The position numbers and the translations under genes were made by a program. A stretch of 64,000 bases of DNA from Giardia intestinalis (Eukaryota): assembly GCA_000002435.2 (NCBI GenBank), contig CM018792.1. One strand, 5' to 3'. The notes under the pieces were generated by a model. That model made no database searches and had not been told where the DNA came from. It worked only from the letters and a program-made list of their open reading frames with translations. Shown one piece after another: positions 23,701 through 28,614 of the stretch; position 1 is the first letter of the stretch; each line of letters opens with the position of its first letter.

Positions 23701-23706
23701 GTTCAT
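2782..23706 (-). CDS. Giant hypothetical protein (6974 aa as maximal ORF), uninterrupted single exon. Leu/Ser-rich and probably a helical-repeat scaffold. No recognisable catalytic domain. One isolated Walker-A-like GDESMGKTS (plus-strand 11596-11625). The true start may be the internal ATG at 23650-23652 (M19).
   Basis: A 20.9-kb ORF with no stop in a region of ordinary GC content, ending 26 bp from the convergent gene at 2755. The ATG at 23704-23706 is followed immediately by a non-AT-rich sequence. M19 lies 52 nt from the divergent E2 start and the two share an AT-rich element (tttaaaaatc). Confidence 0.85.
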   Translation of the reverse strand: MNKKVRFLKHLTFHGGPSMAPIRLTKDFSTSSLKSPSAPLRAHLSTHHASTRPRPLLLGSNNLSNRESGSSGILSSNFAALSASPDGRRTAFARCQELKEIDVGLQVCLPSLPSAYDNNGCDAQLVLIHNLDTPTVNSLSLYVPAAPARSTMHAHCSEMRESITSQMSVKFLVGTLESLDLRLNRASVDVHLVAKSNSATTIPETSLLDLPDELAFYKARLQKSDLVLHRETYSVPVSRLTLLPSMRLLEEEYPVDYGANPFLMPSSINEALFTVTNPFTRQSMEVIRNPLLDSSSRASPQFREALLHSSSVNLHGINRNTSPYHDRHLMNARQALSNMTPQTSALSGSVTALHDLSLSCGQDKTLGSIMDDFTLQRTTIEKRARNMFHSSLKSRRQCRASSLPQRLSSIPIVTDSECSIDELFSAKDVVESELSNALANDFVKTIIPEPQENFYTICNWEISKADSSYDITLDTGYLQHPVFFRTLRRINSVAQAMGIFPERLRQLQVDYLHEYKLHLTAVHNKHLAGVQKISLSTLLSVGDNWLTMPEDRRLQISTQLNVLGLLRYAPVSLHSYYSRYSLTCIRDELNASDSLDHFSSALKDRYQPILMSVLDRQSSLIARFKAVTALRNCVTWGCTYRSTALPALQDICSRTGQLTNYFFNSEFSAIASMLQKLLLQLRTDVSDLSGLHLQCVCDCNTEGDAFQTRLGNVCPEDRGLLSELASTYLKSALHLRSYNYTKVLDKLVLAANLIVKILLHEHTDQLLCIKSLFFLYWRSIVPFQLTIIAGKCYYRTISYLINLEFQKHYYSEEDYSSAIRHRGETASRAVSRANTRQAGRNLTVTNELIRQILLPTPRPTDSYDDYVEACIKHQYMAIPHLQKLAESGFPLECQAPRMEDVFGLIVKKDYARLSYNPSRVGLQQQLRIVLSCPFRTLPDTFLIAARHLSAAMYPLLLDFTSLFTSTIIANTDVSDQRHLLERRAIKRLKRGRRTLAAKIDHGEKDVLGISGLSGSNSDSSHNSESEFADSEEDLCVTAPRGGVCIATSNTDMHDNLAFPSAARVILRRLYHLGFSPSSLDFPGVLYRVTLNLTITFTRHLRRCSVDIVSPKARTLYGYYFHSIQQLEDSVCRIRSQREDIHKQKQKTMRLAIERDSDQLTRNKSLTIDDLYLTAKADNAQLYASLAVLDADYAERLKSVKIPLDYELQQVIWKMNDASKILSEEDLKLVQHSTQSLVESKQSEEVTALTDDLESLLEENRLNGYYFSSNCDASDHQLIVVYSQPHSLADVMDPALTSDLVSSLLISYVPQVERSLVPLWNLALDLSTIFFTLPIMVSLYFDYFFPTTLNIKLQLENPASPNKNTSALSLSLIDFYSDTFQDEVASAKGSCSSRFSSTRKSTRSAGKLTVTDRQLDALKHFCNMGIFPSSNLEGEAVEFLRLWNTLTESSSLSTLLSTQEALALPKPLTFKDTFLAGTSLQELYLDSSQFSLMTGTAFENFGYCSFLHITDHNILDHRMVNDRFESIASTARLVIDMVMDELMIGSCYSAIQSALTTSSMKNVYAYISTYGKDVGNISLYDPETSLYSEFGSSHILRAHVQGQGQVDPNPPDCPFLSARSFLSIQDPDVSSNLTKYSLLHPQFHKLIPQLDFSVIDKTLDGISLYGNGFHVLPANVYQTIFAISLHELKKSMASLLTYYRYLYLYIQYASLILITKTLSCELESLERDLQRPIDSPDSILAQQNLLDQLAGIKLHELYSFIYDASIVQYESLCARFLDTRSVFTVDELEDSAFSLLQRILSLKEKQAMAVAIFKQRRARFLELTAITEDWLETASRMLLDQIITVSSLTIPDAEGCEKVSLSSYEDHFTVMKMFTVPPIYRSKTIDGLPADSDADLAFFNSIFGATSLLNLPSPDLDTPILLQSICHEDAMLKTFVMNDSIIPFRLKSAQSLHQPQHDSLSNQLSVAHFLSVLYYVSVELLSLETLLERWRGALVSTDELLQTRGFLSSAPSLQQLHLCIQVFYTATVYPIQLNTFLQEAGSWDLSMLLPFIPRLYSVLDSTLNAVQVLSLWTQPLVDNMQHITELYMNSFAQGSTLLRSWEPRHECYGFSGGGFSILARTGSMLAKVIPSGWRRYLLLVQSSLQHIANDIVCLDLLGAPFFTTFHKKEIQSYLHIPDSPPVDDILVAIHSTACASEFLAYLYIKAQADSHAIAELEEAEKLLGGVLISAIDHIQLDSPPGYTNPRSQNSYSSDLSRCPIPLVRFVPEASSLQLSKSESILTSVAAGPRHHHDKIPVAEVGTLKGAILSVVQSLDCLPLPLLPYSSLLLCTTYSDAVHRRIQDLRAALRATTILYHSLCYVPRLFRYALTMYGYASFIEASVINRGVRSMADHPTLLYSVNVLTMQEATTLFNIYGQYSSLINSKLSTGTPLVCCATSAPVYKLVGSVLKDLDTIVHRLITAPHLFLFSKLLSSNQQPPKAPKSVAQRGTLLLTEYQPKFSPTISLGGHDTMQLKHLVPYLNGSHHFMSLLFPLWAPGSHVFIPNIKDLSICTRWVRSHAFPGITSLTAPFFPNGKQQITELVSHSETLSLVQPVRCPTQLYSLPDILFKPISSALLRCTSQVLTGLLKIVAAMDRLPLQQTLDLLSLACLASVPSCKSDLAFELHTIINSVVVIVNSAVYDALCVAISTTLKILLEDQLRCMAPEDFVEKFKNQRPILQRTYLFLHIILFTFKVRADAKSQCHDPLVLMSNKACKDSPRVKYNASYGDALNIWIIERYMLLLMLEHDLWVELRREQARHKAATAHLLKAISDDKTLAHTHAAYLSANKTFEFAGAHMDDYLRCTIYPMIFLQFTTNDSNTQSIDITLSNDMTSFETSAHWIGAPQAEDLYCVLPPQLQISMLRVLESFRRTNIVFLLLDKIPQLDCCSFPRFILRRLSRLMLCQSTLLFMTPTTFEKDIVHLMIRLAAGLLVGIVGFELLETEQQILMTHILKELQCPTGLIPGLAVVSPISAKARATIESLEFGNKWSSMTIDDQGSFLGTYVTIRDACVSDVLPQPHGMGKIVIFMHCLLPADLGSAGAKIASSQCPTSETPAPLIDQFGHPLCVDKHAKSILDNIYAPELIYFSFYSAYDIISHSSMTVLSSVLDVKWIAPVGRLSALSIASVRLAQISSFIIGEVDELMILSRSASDSPTSVALSALHYLLTRVPLDNKDASALRNTLWSVRTALVTSFMLPKADSDILTNAIEAYLSLQINGISDSLFYRYTVQYFYPFFTQCYKNRLSFLMIKYNQSFTLIYTAVTISQMLEISISPILMVSCSYEFACEVAQLVCDMKGLTAIRTTDHAEVQRLLGRHADLCVQSLIVYQVRALSDLHSISAAMFDLSDITPVLIVVSNSFYQQHLPAITYVYKRQFILPIVPRSIPHEMEFLLSPILPHRNMDREIPPSSLCLSQDASHSATSFYPSLLLNPSACGMNLQREVSLLLSDSDPSFIVPLPSVSHITSAWIAERSVYSFTRITDYVIQRVYSLFIRIIFPFCLQGIVEVVRKEFTLVFGGEHKLLSVAPTKVMASLIWYNLIQFKLVQRSDCVPGREFSANPTNEKRSSNDLDTFPLYFSPDSYDAYLSGELTAFQKAPSSPNPSKYAYFPEFQGLDKKSIPPKSDLFSQFINGTHWISDASNISTLKFCEETIQSLFHVSPNATLGLVHLLMFIFFAAWNAYSLTYLISRMSDISSPGPLSEISQTFRASICRLLTLFGFELNAPDRNASPSAAGHYTLSGYLLSALHITVLLDLWEKGINTPMATMTYEQRDKHILLSEYISKVVATKRFCLRDSIWTTLNVTASDCALAFASAASSIHGSLQNLIGKFVSSSSPGLSEVFAYVVPSLENKDPGCQRITFSYLSYKIGQGILSTLSCASQTQILDNISLDGAILYELKKGDIKDQYKKLCSDNFKDNATDHQARLAKLRDDLVLSTIAYSYGIPSCYQFSIQKPLSPTLFIDEPRTAIVVLIAACSTSAMLYPSGVFLEVCGDESMGKTSLIEIAELLMQDTFGPWARLTETATASAGEICNAFHSYYDKQGTAALFLNKLSRWSAGVLHVPNTSKQDDRDSLFSQLAQLSASAPPRQRTLGDGSHIVGEFSLMNTTLIVERRHDTRLSTHSCKETIDKITVSLPQLTLDHVLSLVQLAFSSNRSICYEMLNKAVSFLFSSYPDLFSNYDFLADLQRCLFWFPQLPSSSALETEAFVIREAYAHCTVCALAAALRNVPSMSNAKLVSILDGLLPAIGARALNICSLQALAPQWQVDVIETYLQAHNKEDRRALEQDDGQPPTTGQSENNDESKPSQVPRAKELTTEMHDLRAFYNTCSAAVAGIPDGLCYLIGILFQKVSQDDNSLVNSVESLPRREDTKRFDSAAPLSSKIYSQFKVNPLEVGCACGCININLDWLQRFPRYFELFTADLYLEHVAYDRQLAEAKMRHIPPPDTPRYISPSLALRVFEMHTESKAMGEHIVKVISCLQEYLRSPLPCIHPTHNLYSCLWKLFLWGMLMSPAKLSRLILNSMRDWPTESSGKYIDAYRVIQAHTTSGSFSDEATDHIIDELLSLHTDSPCLLSLALTEKEPPMSKEPQRPSNFGVSLDLRLSDLKDSFSLQPASSSVILPHNYLPVQWPTTPLLPINLSTSIITIPCYRLYTPFADYKHFQQISYLLQALEGYTSFLDLKLEHLYLSNYSNDTPALSLASDQLLSSRTKGSPVCGGSAKDCRGRLNDRVLVDIDTIVASVSHVSAGEKEKSTDKPSNRTAESFVKNLSIAVLELSAYLSSFDSDFLATLMLLRTAVCLAAGVNPIYFLYTINHTTAHSISQFGLLAPLAESLLRTPSTKYFDSGVSSGAAFTCMYTDEPLLHTHLPSILSVPGHLEHYVMHTFNKNCGTMSEFAHRFEQGGGMKGLLEQGESLMKKYLIEPSCVTILSSMDILMSAATGWPALSCLLQTTITPGNLVRALFTSEELSIILASLSLNAGLGRHLKAEELHSILASNLKIYVLHNGSIDCLATMSHPLDIRNFGIKKLLRSPDDTFDGSLAMFFDVLSKFSIRSTKIDFPSVHTISLNPLFPVAKYTAEQLLIHCKVNACQLSKVANLPEQLSINWEAHKVAVLLSCLSLHRACSRSSHNWQVPLQAYIKLTVDAIGMIFSRAQQYYANVNSINSLFKAYAYMTREAPLQGLKTHDSLYPDIYVTRFNNAQDSILPIESMSSKYLQYFVGNLVSHDSKVFGELCYMRNCLYSCLEACKGYSKLLASILGHVCYEAPVLVACMLYGVTGLLDRPTSDGARTTALEILIEALQQDGLTIMLPSSRSRSSSSSSASNRLKLFSVWTEHDLQSTDLFFRHFQVSLCLDTPLFLAEILFRDTLNNHEVYRHLLYAGMLFLLLGRRIFLTYSVLVPPLIFTLVASLRRFETPFCRLYEALVGVSNTADPAHSLRSTNQALYTYIHHIRQRRVELSVRQPYKQFCASVAKALAESDKAIVFSDVGARQVPQNNYSLLRKLLLLAATTRVDARQQITLGSQITYLFQPLSEYIFIISLSPDYDPSLTPVSVLHALHQAEMHRSGMLGSVIFLCNLSPCPGYDPEPAECAAVTDMLTESVFGPEFTSLSILHRRSTMFAKLSLSLNTFIDTFHSYLLEYGVGVFPINESFRSEKTIMTAEAYTQRRAEIEVMLSDFSSAYSTGSNSFQSTNRGYKQLTCAHSSGAKAASSVSILLDLLREVCLLFYALIPGADRALPLMDLQNRSSYPIGDEVSQFSVGQSVNILNEIQLGYLLRSRWHVWIEECATLTCDLLRYLRTQAKRDPTLLIETNRAALTPFQRTLCGQLTSFYNSTIKTELKRFFSAHSPLKSVSTASSIDNQCDSRDHADQPTTLLQTNFIADLITFRYDSLKYPVFYYIVLYPRILIDFVLQQILRYMLSRLTSTSALPHAHIHKLFLTLCTLSRLGPLEDELCNDRSTISRGDLEVAILHNDLRLLMDAQPHFGSQQTHDIDIKLLTCLCPQSLEEMASFIHTCLLSPPLPSHSTTLPDPSINYALDKIVPSQFSITKEAKQLFLSCVVISRFSEDSVDLLSYLAENPAAILVCSQYSCLLVTLVSLYLLDVGARSSLEHLLDRDPSVAAKRCADLEHCIASLMDAELEKDRKHLNLTYVPLLFQKPTMKGMYLAFLLSVLLRPESFTIASTLLLQIWGQYTSPLGHGPNLSNKPSIFVSEQPQRPRLPVMSHEEKHCAFPAGFLQVDEKGKALPETCICDSVVSLLRAAHAMIDSTLTLVSKRHELTPVSNNLTNQQVSSLVCDAHACGSSVEAIEEVVEHCRCYFPLTIVFSEGEMFSLDELFALDRRGYGDVTQYSFGDVPIVYQFPSSWTDFHRHSTVCLLSSPACLADELENLLCLINMHQYFNTTGMPAFPVWLIIPQHTVNRAIDAMGARLSHILEQLLYLSRPIIVRYKQPSVPSDLYKAALTHYFLQTETRRAPTIHQLDLLVVGLLHTCTHRTLQLGIESGPGILRYLDFLFTAQHGADQAPCPALLFTRSLNRFLFLCSGDPRYFMNDRARCAVQSCFEYYIVLKVLGIKGSLPLHGSKQVLATRVCRSQVQYKWRKSSLRLAEKEKDPISSNTVVVEGLCSQEQWRGSNANHGTDGKLDSENTPRLLKDIMALISPDRLIESVISPLLTLELPSHAPIKCLTGSKIVSIFDRVLKTLLANEEPSSMRGPSYGELAEFRSILNGHVNTTKNSMLHSLSCRDIPVCSVQSSLIQMLLDPACKIEEGAWKVSSVQKENGLQTLLSILQLSLALHRNVPAERVCFLAFLNDPPGRLYLTSSGVLTFADTDAHRSCTELYRFPICLQLTNLVFSAGTYDSSIQSLVSATAEQEQGYVHTISAYITAVALPEACPLSTIQPPAGYISISIQVGYIPLSWLLLPQSEDASVEDPPVINIADV
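23653..23704. promoter_or_regulatory. Putative bidirectional AT-rich initiator region. It is shared by the RAD6-like E2 gene (plus strand) and the giant gene (minus strand, if it starts at M19).
   Basis: The sequence aaaagtaagatgctttaaaaatcggacttttttgttc lies immediately 5' of both candidate start codons. Giardia promoters are short AT-rich elements within about 50 bp of the ATG. Confidence 0.4.
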
Positions 23707-24184
23707 GTCCCAGTCCTACACTAGACGCATTCTCGGGGACATGCGGCGGATGTCAGAGTACAATGGCATCTTCGCCACGGTGGACCCCAACAACATATCC
23801 CTCTGTGACGCTGTGGTCATTGGCCCCTCCAGCACAATCTGGGAACATGGCGTCTTTAGGCTTAAGGTGACATTTACTAATAATTATCCTGCCGAGCCAC
23901 CAGCGGTAAGATTTCTCTCAAGCATTTATCATCCCAACGTCTACAAAGACGGGAAGATATGCCTTGACATCCTGACCAAAAAGGAGTGGAAACCTGTATA
24001 TGATTTGGGTACTGTGCTTACCAGCATACGCTCGTTACTCTGCGACCCCAATCCCAAGGATCCCGCTAACTGTGATGCAGCATATGAGTACATATACGAC
24101 AGACATCTGTACGAAATGAAGGTGCGTGAGTGCGTGCGCAACAGCTGGCTGAACCCTTACGATGTCTACAAGAAAGAAGAGTGA
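23705..24184 (+). CDS. Ubiquitin-conjugating enzyme E2 of the RAD6/UBC2 type. UBC fold with the active-site motif HPNVYKDGKICLDIL.
   Basis: The ORF-track start at 23699 is TTG. The first ATG is at 23705 (MSQSYTRRILGDMRRM...). The sequence aligns by eye with RAD6/UBE2A: (RRLMRDFKRL...FKL.IEF.EEYPNKPP.VRF.S.MFHPNVYADGSICLDIL...W.P.YD...ILTSIQSLL.DPNP.SPAN). Confidence 0.88.
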   Translation: MSQSYTRRILGDMRRMSEYNGIFATVDPNNISLCDAVVIGPSSTIWEHGVFRLKVTFTNNYPAEPPAVRFLSSIYHPNVYKDGKICLDILTKKEWKPVYDLGTVLTSIRSLLCDPNPKDPANCDAAYEYIYDRHLYEMKVRECVRNSWLNPYDVYKKEE

Positions 24185-24232
24185 GCAGATCTACCTGCTC
24201 GGCACGTCTGAGCACCTTAGGCTTCTCAGTCC

Positions 24233-24991
24233 TTATTCTATATTGATAAACCGCGCCTCCTGCCCCTGCCGAAGTTTTATGTAAGGGGAGAACTGCTTGG
24301 GCTCTACGCGGATAGTCTTTGTGTCAATGGTTTCTGAAGAGGGCCCCCCAAGATGTGAAATTGTTAGTAAATTCAATTGTTTGTCTACTATTTCAACCTT
24401 AGTAAATCCAGGATTGACCTGGGCCGACCATGTTTTGGTTCTATTACCACTATCTGCGACGCCTATATAACACGGCTCTGCCACAGAGACAATGAAGAAT
24501 GCCCTGTTGTCTAAAACGCGCTGACCGAAGAAACTACCTTGTGTCTTAGCATGCAGGAGAGGCCCATTAATCTCCGCCTTGTCCGACGGAAACCACGAGT
24601 CGATGATGTGCATCTGGCAGCTCCAAACTGTTACTTGCTGGTACGAAAGGTTGATGTTGAATCTTCCAACGGTGGTCGGGGCAAAGCTGAATGCAAACCT
24701 TCCCAGGCGGCTGGTCTCCTTGAGCACCAGCTCCTCTGAATATTGCAGGGTATCAACGCTAGTGTTATGGTGGGTCATACTGAGCCGCAAAAGGTTTGGA
24801 AGCAGGAGCTTTGGGCAGAAATTAGACACTGGGAGGCCTTCTGTGCTGGGAATGTACACGTCTATAAAGCACGTGTACGATTTATTCAGCAACAAGACAC
24901 TGGGCTTGTTGATCCAGTGCACCTCTATATTGTCCAGGGCAGCAGTGGCATTACCATATGCTTCATAGAGAACATAGTTGCTGACACTCAT
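24233..24991 (-). CDS. Hypothetical protein (252 aa), no recognisable domain.
   Basis: ATG-initiated ORF (cat at 24989-24991). It is convergent with the E2 gene (48-bp gap) and divergent from the next gene (70-bp AT-rich gap). Confidence 0.6.
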   Translation of the reverse strand: MSVSNYVLYEAYGNATAALDNIEVHWINKPSVLLLNKSYTCFIDVYIPSTEGLPVSNFCPKLLLPNLLRLSMTHHNTSVDTLQYSEELVLKETSRLGRFAFSFAPTTVGRFNINLSYQQVTVWSCQMHIIDSWFPSDKAEINGPLLHAKTQGSFFGQRVLDNRAFFIVSVAEPCYIGVADSGNRTKTWSAQVNPGFTKVEIVDKQLNLLTISHLGGPSSETIDTKTIRVEPKQFSPYIKLRQGQEARFINIE

Positions 24992-25061
24992 GGATTGGTG
25001 CCTTGGCGGCTCGAGAAAGATTTTACTTTAGGTTTTTATTTCAAAAATAGCTGAACAGGTA

Positions 25062-28000
25062 ATGGATCCACAAAGGGCAGACCCGAAAAGTGTCAAATTG
25101 GACAGGGTCAAGCTAGTTGAGGCCGTAGTTGCGTATAGACGTTGGTTCGTGGATGCGCGTGGCAAGCCCAACCCGTCGTTCACTAAGGCACACAGTAACT
25201 TTGATATACTTTACGAGCAAATATCTGCCATTGTTGCTAAGACAGAGGCAAAGAACATGAGCTACGGCGAGACAGTTGAAAACTTTCTTGTCCTTTTGAG
25301 CTCAAATCTTTTTACTTATGCAAACAAGTTCTTCTTCACCGAAGGAGGTGGGCACAACTTCTTTGCGTCTACAGAGCACACAGCGATTGCAAAACAGATC
25401 TGGTGGGTTATCAAAGAGATACACATCTATCTCATCGACGGCGCTCTGCACCCCGTGTTAGGCGCTGGGGAGGAGTCCATCCAGGTAGGCTCAACAACCA
25501 TAACATCCACTATTACTGTGAGCGACCACCGTGCAGTGCGGATTCCTAACGGTGCTAAGTCCAAATACTACGAAGAGATACAGGCCATAAATGTCTTCAT
25601 TGATATGTTTGCGCGAAACGCAAATGCTCTACACCTTAGTAAGACAGACATGATGCAGCTCTGCCGAACGGCCTTCAGTATATGCATTGATACACCAGCG
25701 TTGTCTCTGGAGCTGCCATCATCCATTAGTTCGATGCTCATTGACTTGTCGTGTGGTGAGATAGATGCCATAGAGCTTCTCAATGCTATCTTTGACCGAT
25801 TCAAGGAATATGACATTGAGATCTCGCGTGTCTTCACCATGCTGCTCCTCTTTGTGAAGAACCAGATCAATCTCTGTTTCTTTGACGAGGAGTACGATAT
25901 GCGAGTGTGCACTTCATCAGAGAGCTCCGAGTCTAGCTACAAGCGCGGGCTTTTAAAGATGCTGAAGCGCATTCACCCTTTAGTTATTAATCTAAGATCT
26001 GCATACCCTCCGAAGTATATTGACTCGGAACTTATAGACGTCATTCTCCGCACATTCTTGGTGCACCTAATATCAATCAGTATAACTGACTCAACGCTTT
26101 ACATATACTTAAATACCTTGGCCCATAGCATAAGGTATTGCCGCAATAGCTATAGCTCCGCCGCAAATCAAATTCTTGTTTATCTTATTGTTGGATGTGA
26201 AAAGTCAAAGCTTACGAGCCCCGTTTCCAAGCGTCCCTCGTTGGCAGAAGTAACAAGCCGGATGGATCAACTGACCTCCAGTCTTAAGAAGAATGCGCCG
26301 CGCACTAGTGTAAGCTCAGCCACTCAGTCCATTGATGTGTCTCTTAAGCCCCCAGAGTTCTTAAAAATAGAGAGCTCCTTGGCCATGCAGGAAAAGCCTA
26401 CGCTGTCCTCTAAAAACGTCGCTGCATCTACACCTATTGAGTGGCATACGAAGTCAAACAGTCATTTCACCCGCTCGCCTCTGACAATGAATGATTCTCC
26501 CTCGGCTGTCTTAGAGGACAGCCTGAAAGTGATGGAGATGCCGTCCCCACTATTGTGCAACAATCAGGAGAAGGTAGCACCCATCACAACACAGCCGTCT
26601 GCCGTTCTCTCTAAGCAGATGTCTCCCCCCAGGGTTGTTCCTAAGCCCCCCTCTAAGAAGTACAACGTCAGTATCACAAATGACTCATACAATTACACTC
26701 CCATTTGGAAATATAGCGGATTTATTTTGCACCAGATGGATGCTCTAACCAATCGAGACCAGCCCTTGGATAACTTCATCTATGCAATAAGTAAGGTCGA
26801 CGGATCCCTTGTCCCTATTCTGAATTTCGTGGCTGAAACAGAGCATTATCATTACCAGATGTATTTACCAAACCTTCTTAAGTACATTATATCATTAGAT
26901 CATACGTATTTTTCGTGTCCTGGACACCTTAGTAACGCATACAAGCTGGTATCTGCGTGCATGCACATCTTACAATCTCTACTGGACATAGGATTTGCAA
27001 TGACGATAACTGAACTAGAACAGTCGGTGAAGACGATGATCTCACCCGTTAACAACGTCAGCTGCAATGTGTTACAAGGCTACTCTAGTCCTCTCCCCAT
27101 GCTCAGGAGGAACAATAGATGCTACATGAAAACGATCAGCGACGTCAAGGAGCTGACTGCCAATACGCCCGCAGACACAGCCAAGATGGACATTTACGTC
27201 GAGATAGGGAGAAAATCTATATCAAACACCATCAAGCGGAGTCATCTTTCTGTAACGTTCCCACCAGATATGAGCACACACGTTGCAGGGCTCTTCTCTT
27301 CAGACAGGACACTTAAATCTGCCAGCAGTACGACTCTTTCGGGACTCTGCACAGGGTACAACTCCCCCAAAATAAGCTCGCCAATTCCTCAGCAAGCAAG
27401 AGAGCGGAACCCCATGCTGTTCGCGCAAGAACAGACCCACTCATTCATACTGGATGGAACGGGGACCTTCAAAACAGATGACCTCCCGAGCTCCGTCATC
27501 AATAGCAAAGAGTACCATTTCCAATTTGTGTACATGCATAGTCCTCTGCTATATTTTGCACTGGAGGCATATAGCCATCTCGTAAGAATATCAAATTATA
27601 TCCTCTCCTTCTCTACAGACTCCCTTGAGGAAACGCTTATAAGTAGAGATGCTCGTAACAAGAAGACCTCAGAAATCCTCTTTTGGATACCTCTGCAATA
27701 TATAGAGGATGTGGATCCGTGGCCCAAGTACGGTGCTAAGCTTCCTCTGTCGCTCTCCCTGTTCCGGCTCAGATCTTTCGTTATCAATTTCCGTACAAAG
27801 CAGGTGAACATTGAGCAGACCCTCGACAAAAAGAAGAAGACCAAGAAGCGTAAGATGGACCTGCTCTCCCGAGCTCTACCTGGCAACAGGTTCACCCAAA
27901 GTGCCATCGAACGTAGCCTGAATAACAGTGCCATCGAACAGATGCAGCACTCTAACATCAGTATCGATGATATGATCAGCGGACTGGGCGACGAAGATCT

Positions 28001-28481
28001 TCTGGAAAAGATTCCTTTCTTTGGTGGAAAGGCATCCTCCCAGCCAGATGTCCTGGGGTCCCTATTGAGCATGATTCGGATTGGAACAGGGGTCCTAGAA
28101 AACCTTGTGCTTCTCGATTCCACATATGCAGATTTCAGATATAACATGACCATGGGCGACCTTGCCCTGGAAAATTGGCCATTTCCAATAGGAAAGATTA
28201 GCTGTCACTTTTCACTACACACAGATGGGCAAACCTTGGAAGTTGACCATCCAGTATACATAAATGCGTCCCATACGTGGGATTATTTGTATGGATTGAC
28301 AAGAACCATTGTTCTACGTATGGACAGAGACATTGTATTCAAGCGTACACTGAACTTTGGCAATTTTGTCCTCCTCTCACAGACAAAAGGCGACGAAGCT
28401 GCCCTTCAGGAGGCGCTAGAGCAGATAACGGAGCGGCACTCCAGGATTCTCTGCTATCTCCTAGGTCGGAAGGTACAATAG
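25062..28481 (+). CDS. Hypothetical protein (1139 aa), unknown function.
   Basis: ATG at 25062 preceded by tttttatttcaaaaatagctgaacaggta. Long uninterrupted ORF. Confidence 0.7.
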   Translation: MDPQRADPKSVKLDRVKLVEAVVAYRRWFVDARGKPNPSFTKAHSNFDILYEQISAIVAKTEAKNMSYGETVENFLVLLSSNLFTYANKFFFTEGGGHNFFASTEHTAIAKQIWWVIKEIHIYLIDGALHPVLGAGEESIQVGSTTITSTITVSDHRAVRIPNGAKSKYYEEIQAINVFIDMFARNANALHLSKTDMMQLCRTAFSICIDTPALSLELPSSISSMLIDLSCGEIDAIELLNAIFDRFKEYDIEISRVFTMLLLFVKNQINLCFFDEEYDMRVCTSSESSESSYKRGLLKMLKRIHPLVINLRSAYPPKYIDSELIDVILRTFLVHLISISITDSTLYIYLNTLAHSIRYCRNSYSSAANQILVYLIVGCEKSKLTSPVSKRPSLAEVTSRMDQLTSSLKKNAPRTSVSSATQSIDVSLKPPEFLKIESSLAMQEKPTLSSKNVAASTPIEWHTKSNSHFTRSPLTMNDSPSAVLEDSLKVMEMPSPLLCNNQEKVAPITTQPSAVLSKQMSPPRVVPKPPSKKYNVSITNDSYNYTPIWKYSGFILHQMDALTNRDQPLDNFIYAISKVDGSLVPILNFVAETEHYHYQMYLPNLLKYIISLDHTYFSCPGHLSNAYKLVSACMHILQSLLDIGFAMTITELEQSVKTMISPVNNVSCNVLQGYSSPLPMLRRNNRCYMKTISDVKELTANTPADTAKMDIYVEIGRKSISNTIKRSHLSVTFPPDMSTHVAGLFSSDRTLKSASSTTLSGLCTGYNSPKISSPIPQQARERNPMLFAQEQTHSFILDGTGTFKTDDLPSSVINSKEYHFQFVYMHSPLLYFALEAYSHLVRISNYILSFSTDSLEETLISRDARNKKTSEILFWIPLQYIEDVDPWPKYGAKLPLSLSLFRLRSFVINFRTKQVNIEQTLDKKKKTKKRKMDLLSRALPGNRFTQSAIERSLNNSAIEQMQHSNISIDDMISGLGDEDLLEKIPFFGGKASSQPDVLGSLLSMIRIGTGVLENLVLLDSTYADFRYNMTMGDLALENWPFPIGKISCHFSLHTDGQTLEVDHPVYINASHTWDYLYGLTRTIVLRMDRDIVFKRTLNFGNFVLLSQTKGDEAALQEALEQITERHSRILCYLLGRKVQ

Positions 28482-28614
28482 ATTCTGCAAAGCCTTTTAT
28501 GAGAGGTACACTTTGGAAAGTGTATCTTGCTCTGATTGGGACAGCCTGCAGAACGGTCTCAGAGTAAAGAATGGACCGGATCTTCTTCAATATAATTTAC
28601 ATTGTTCAGGGTTG

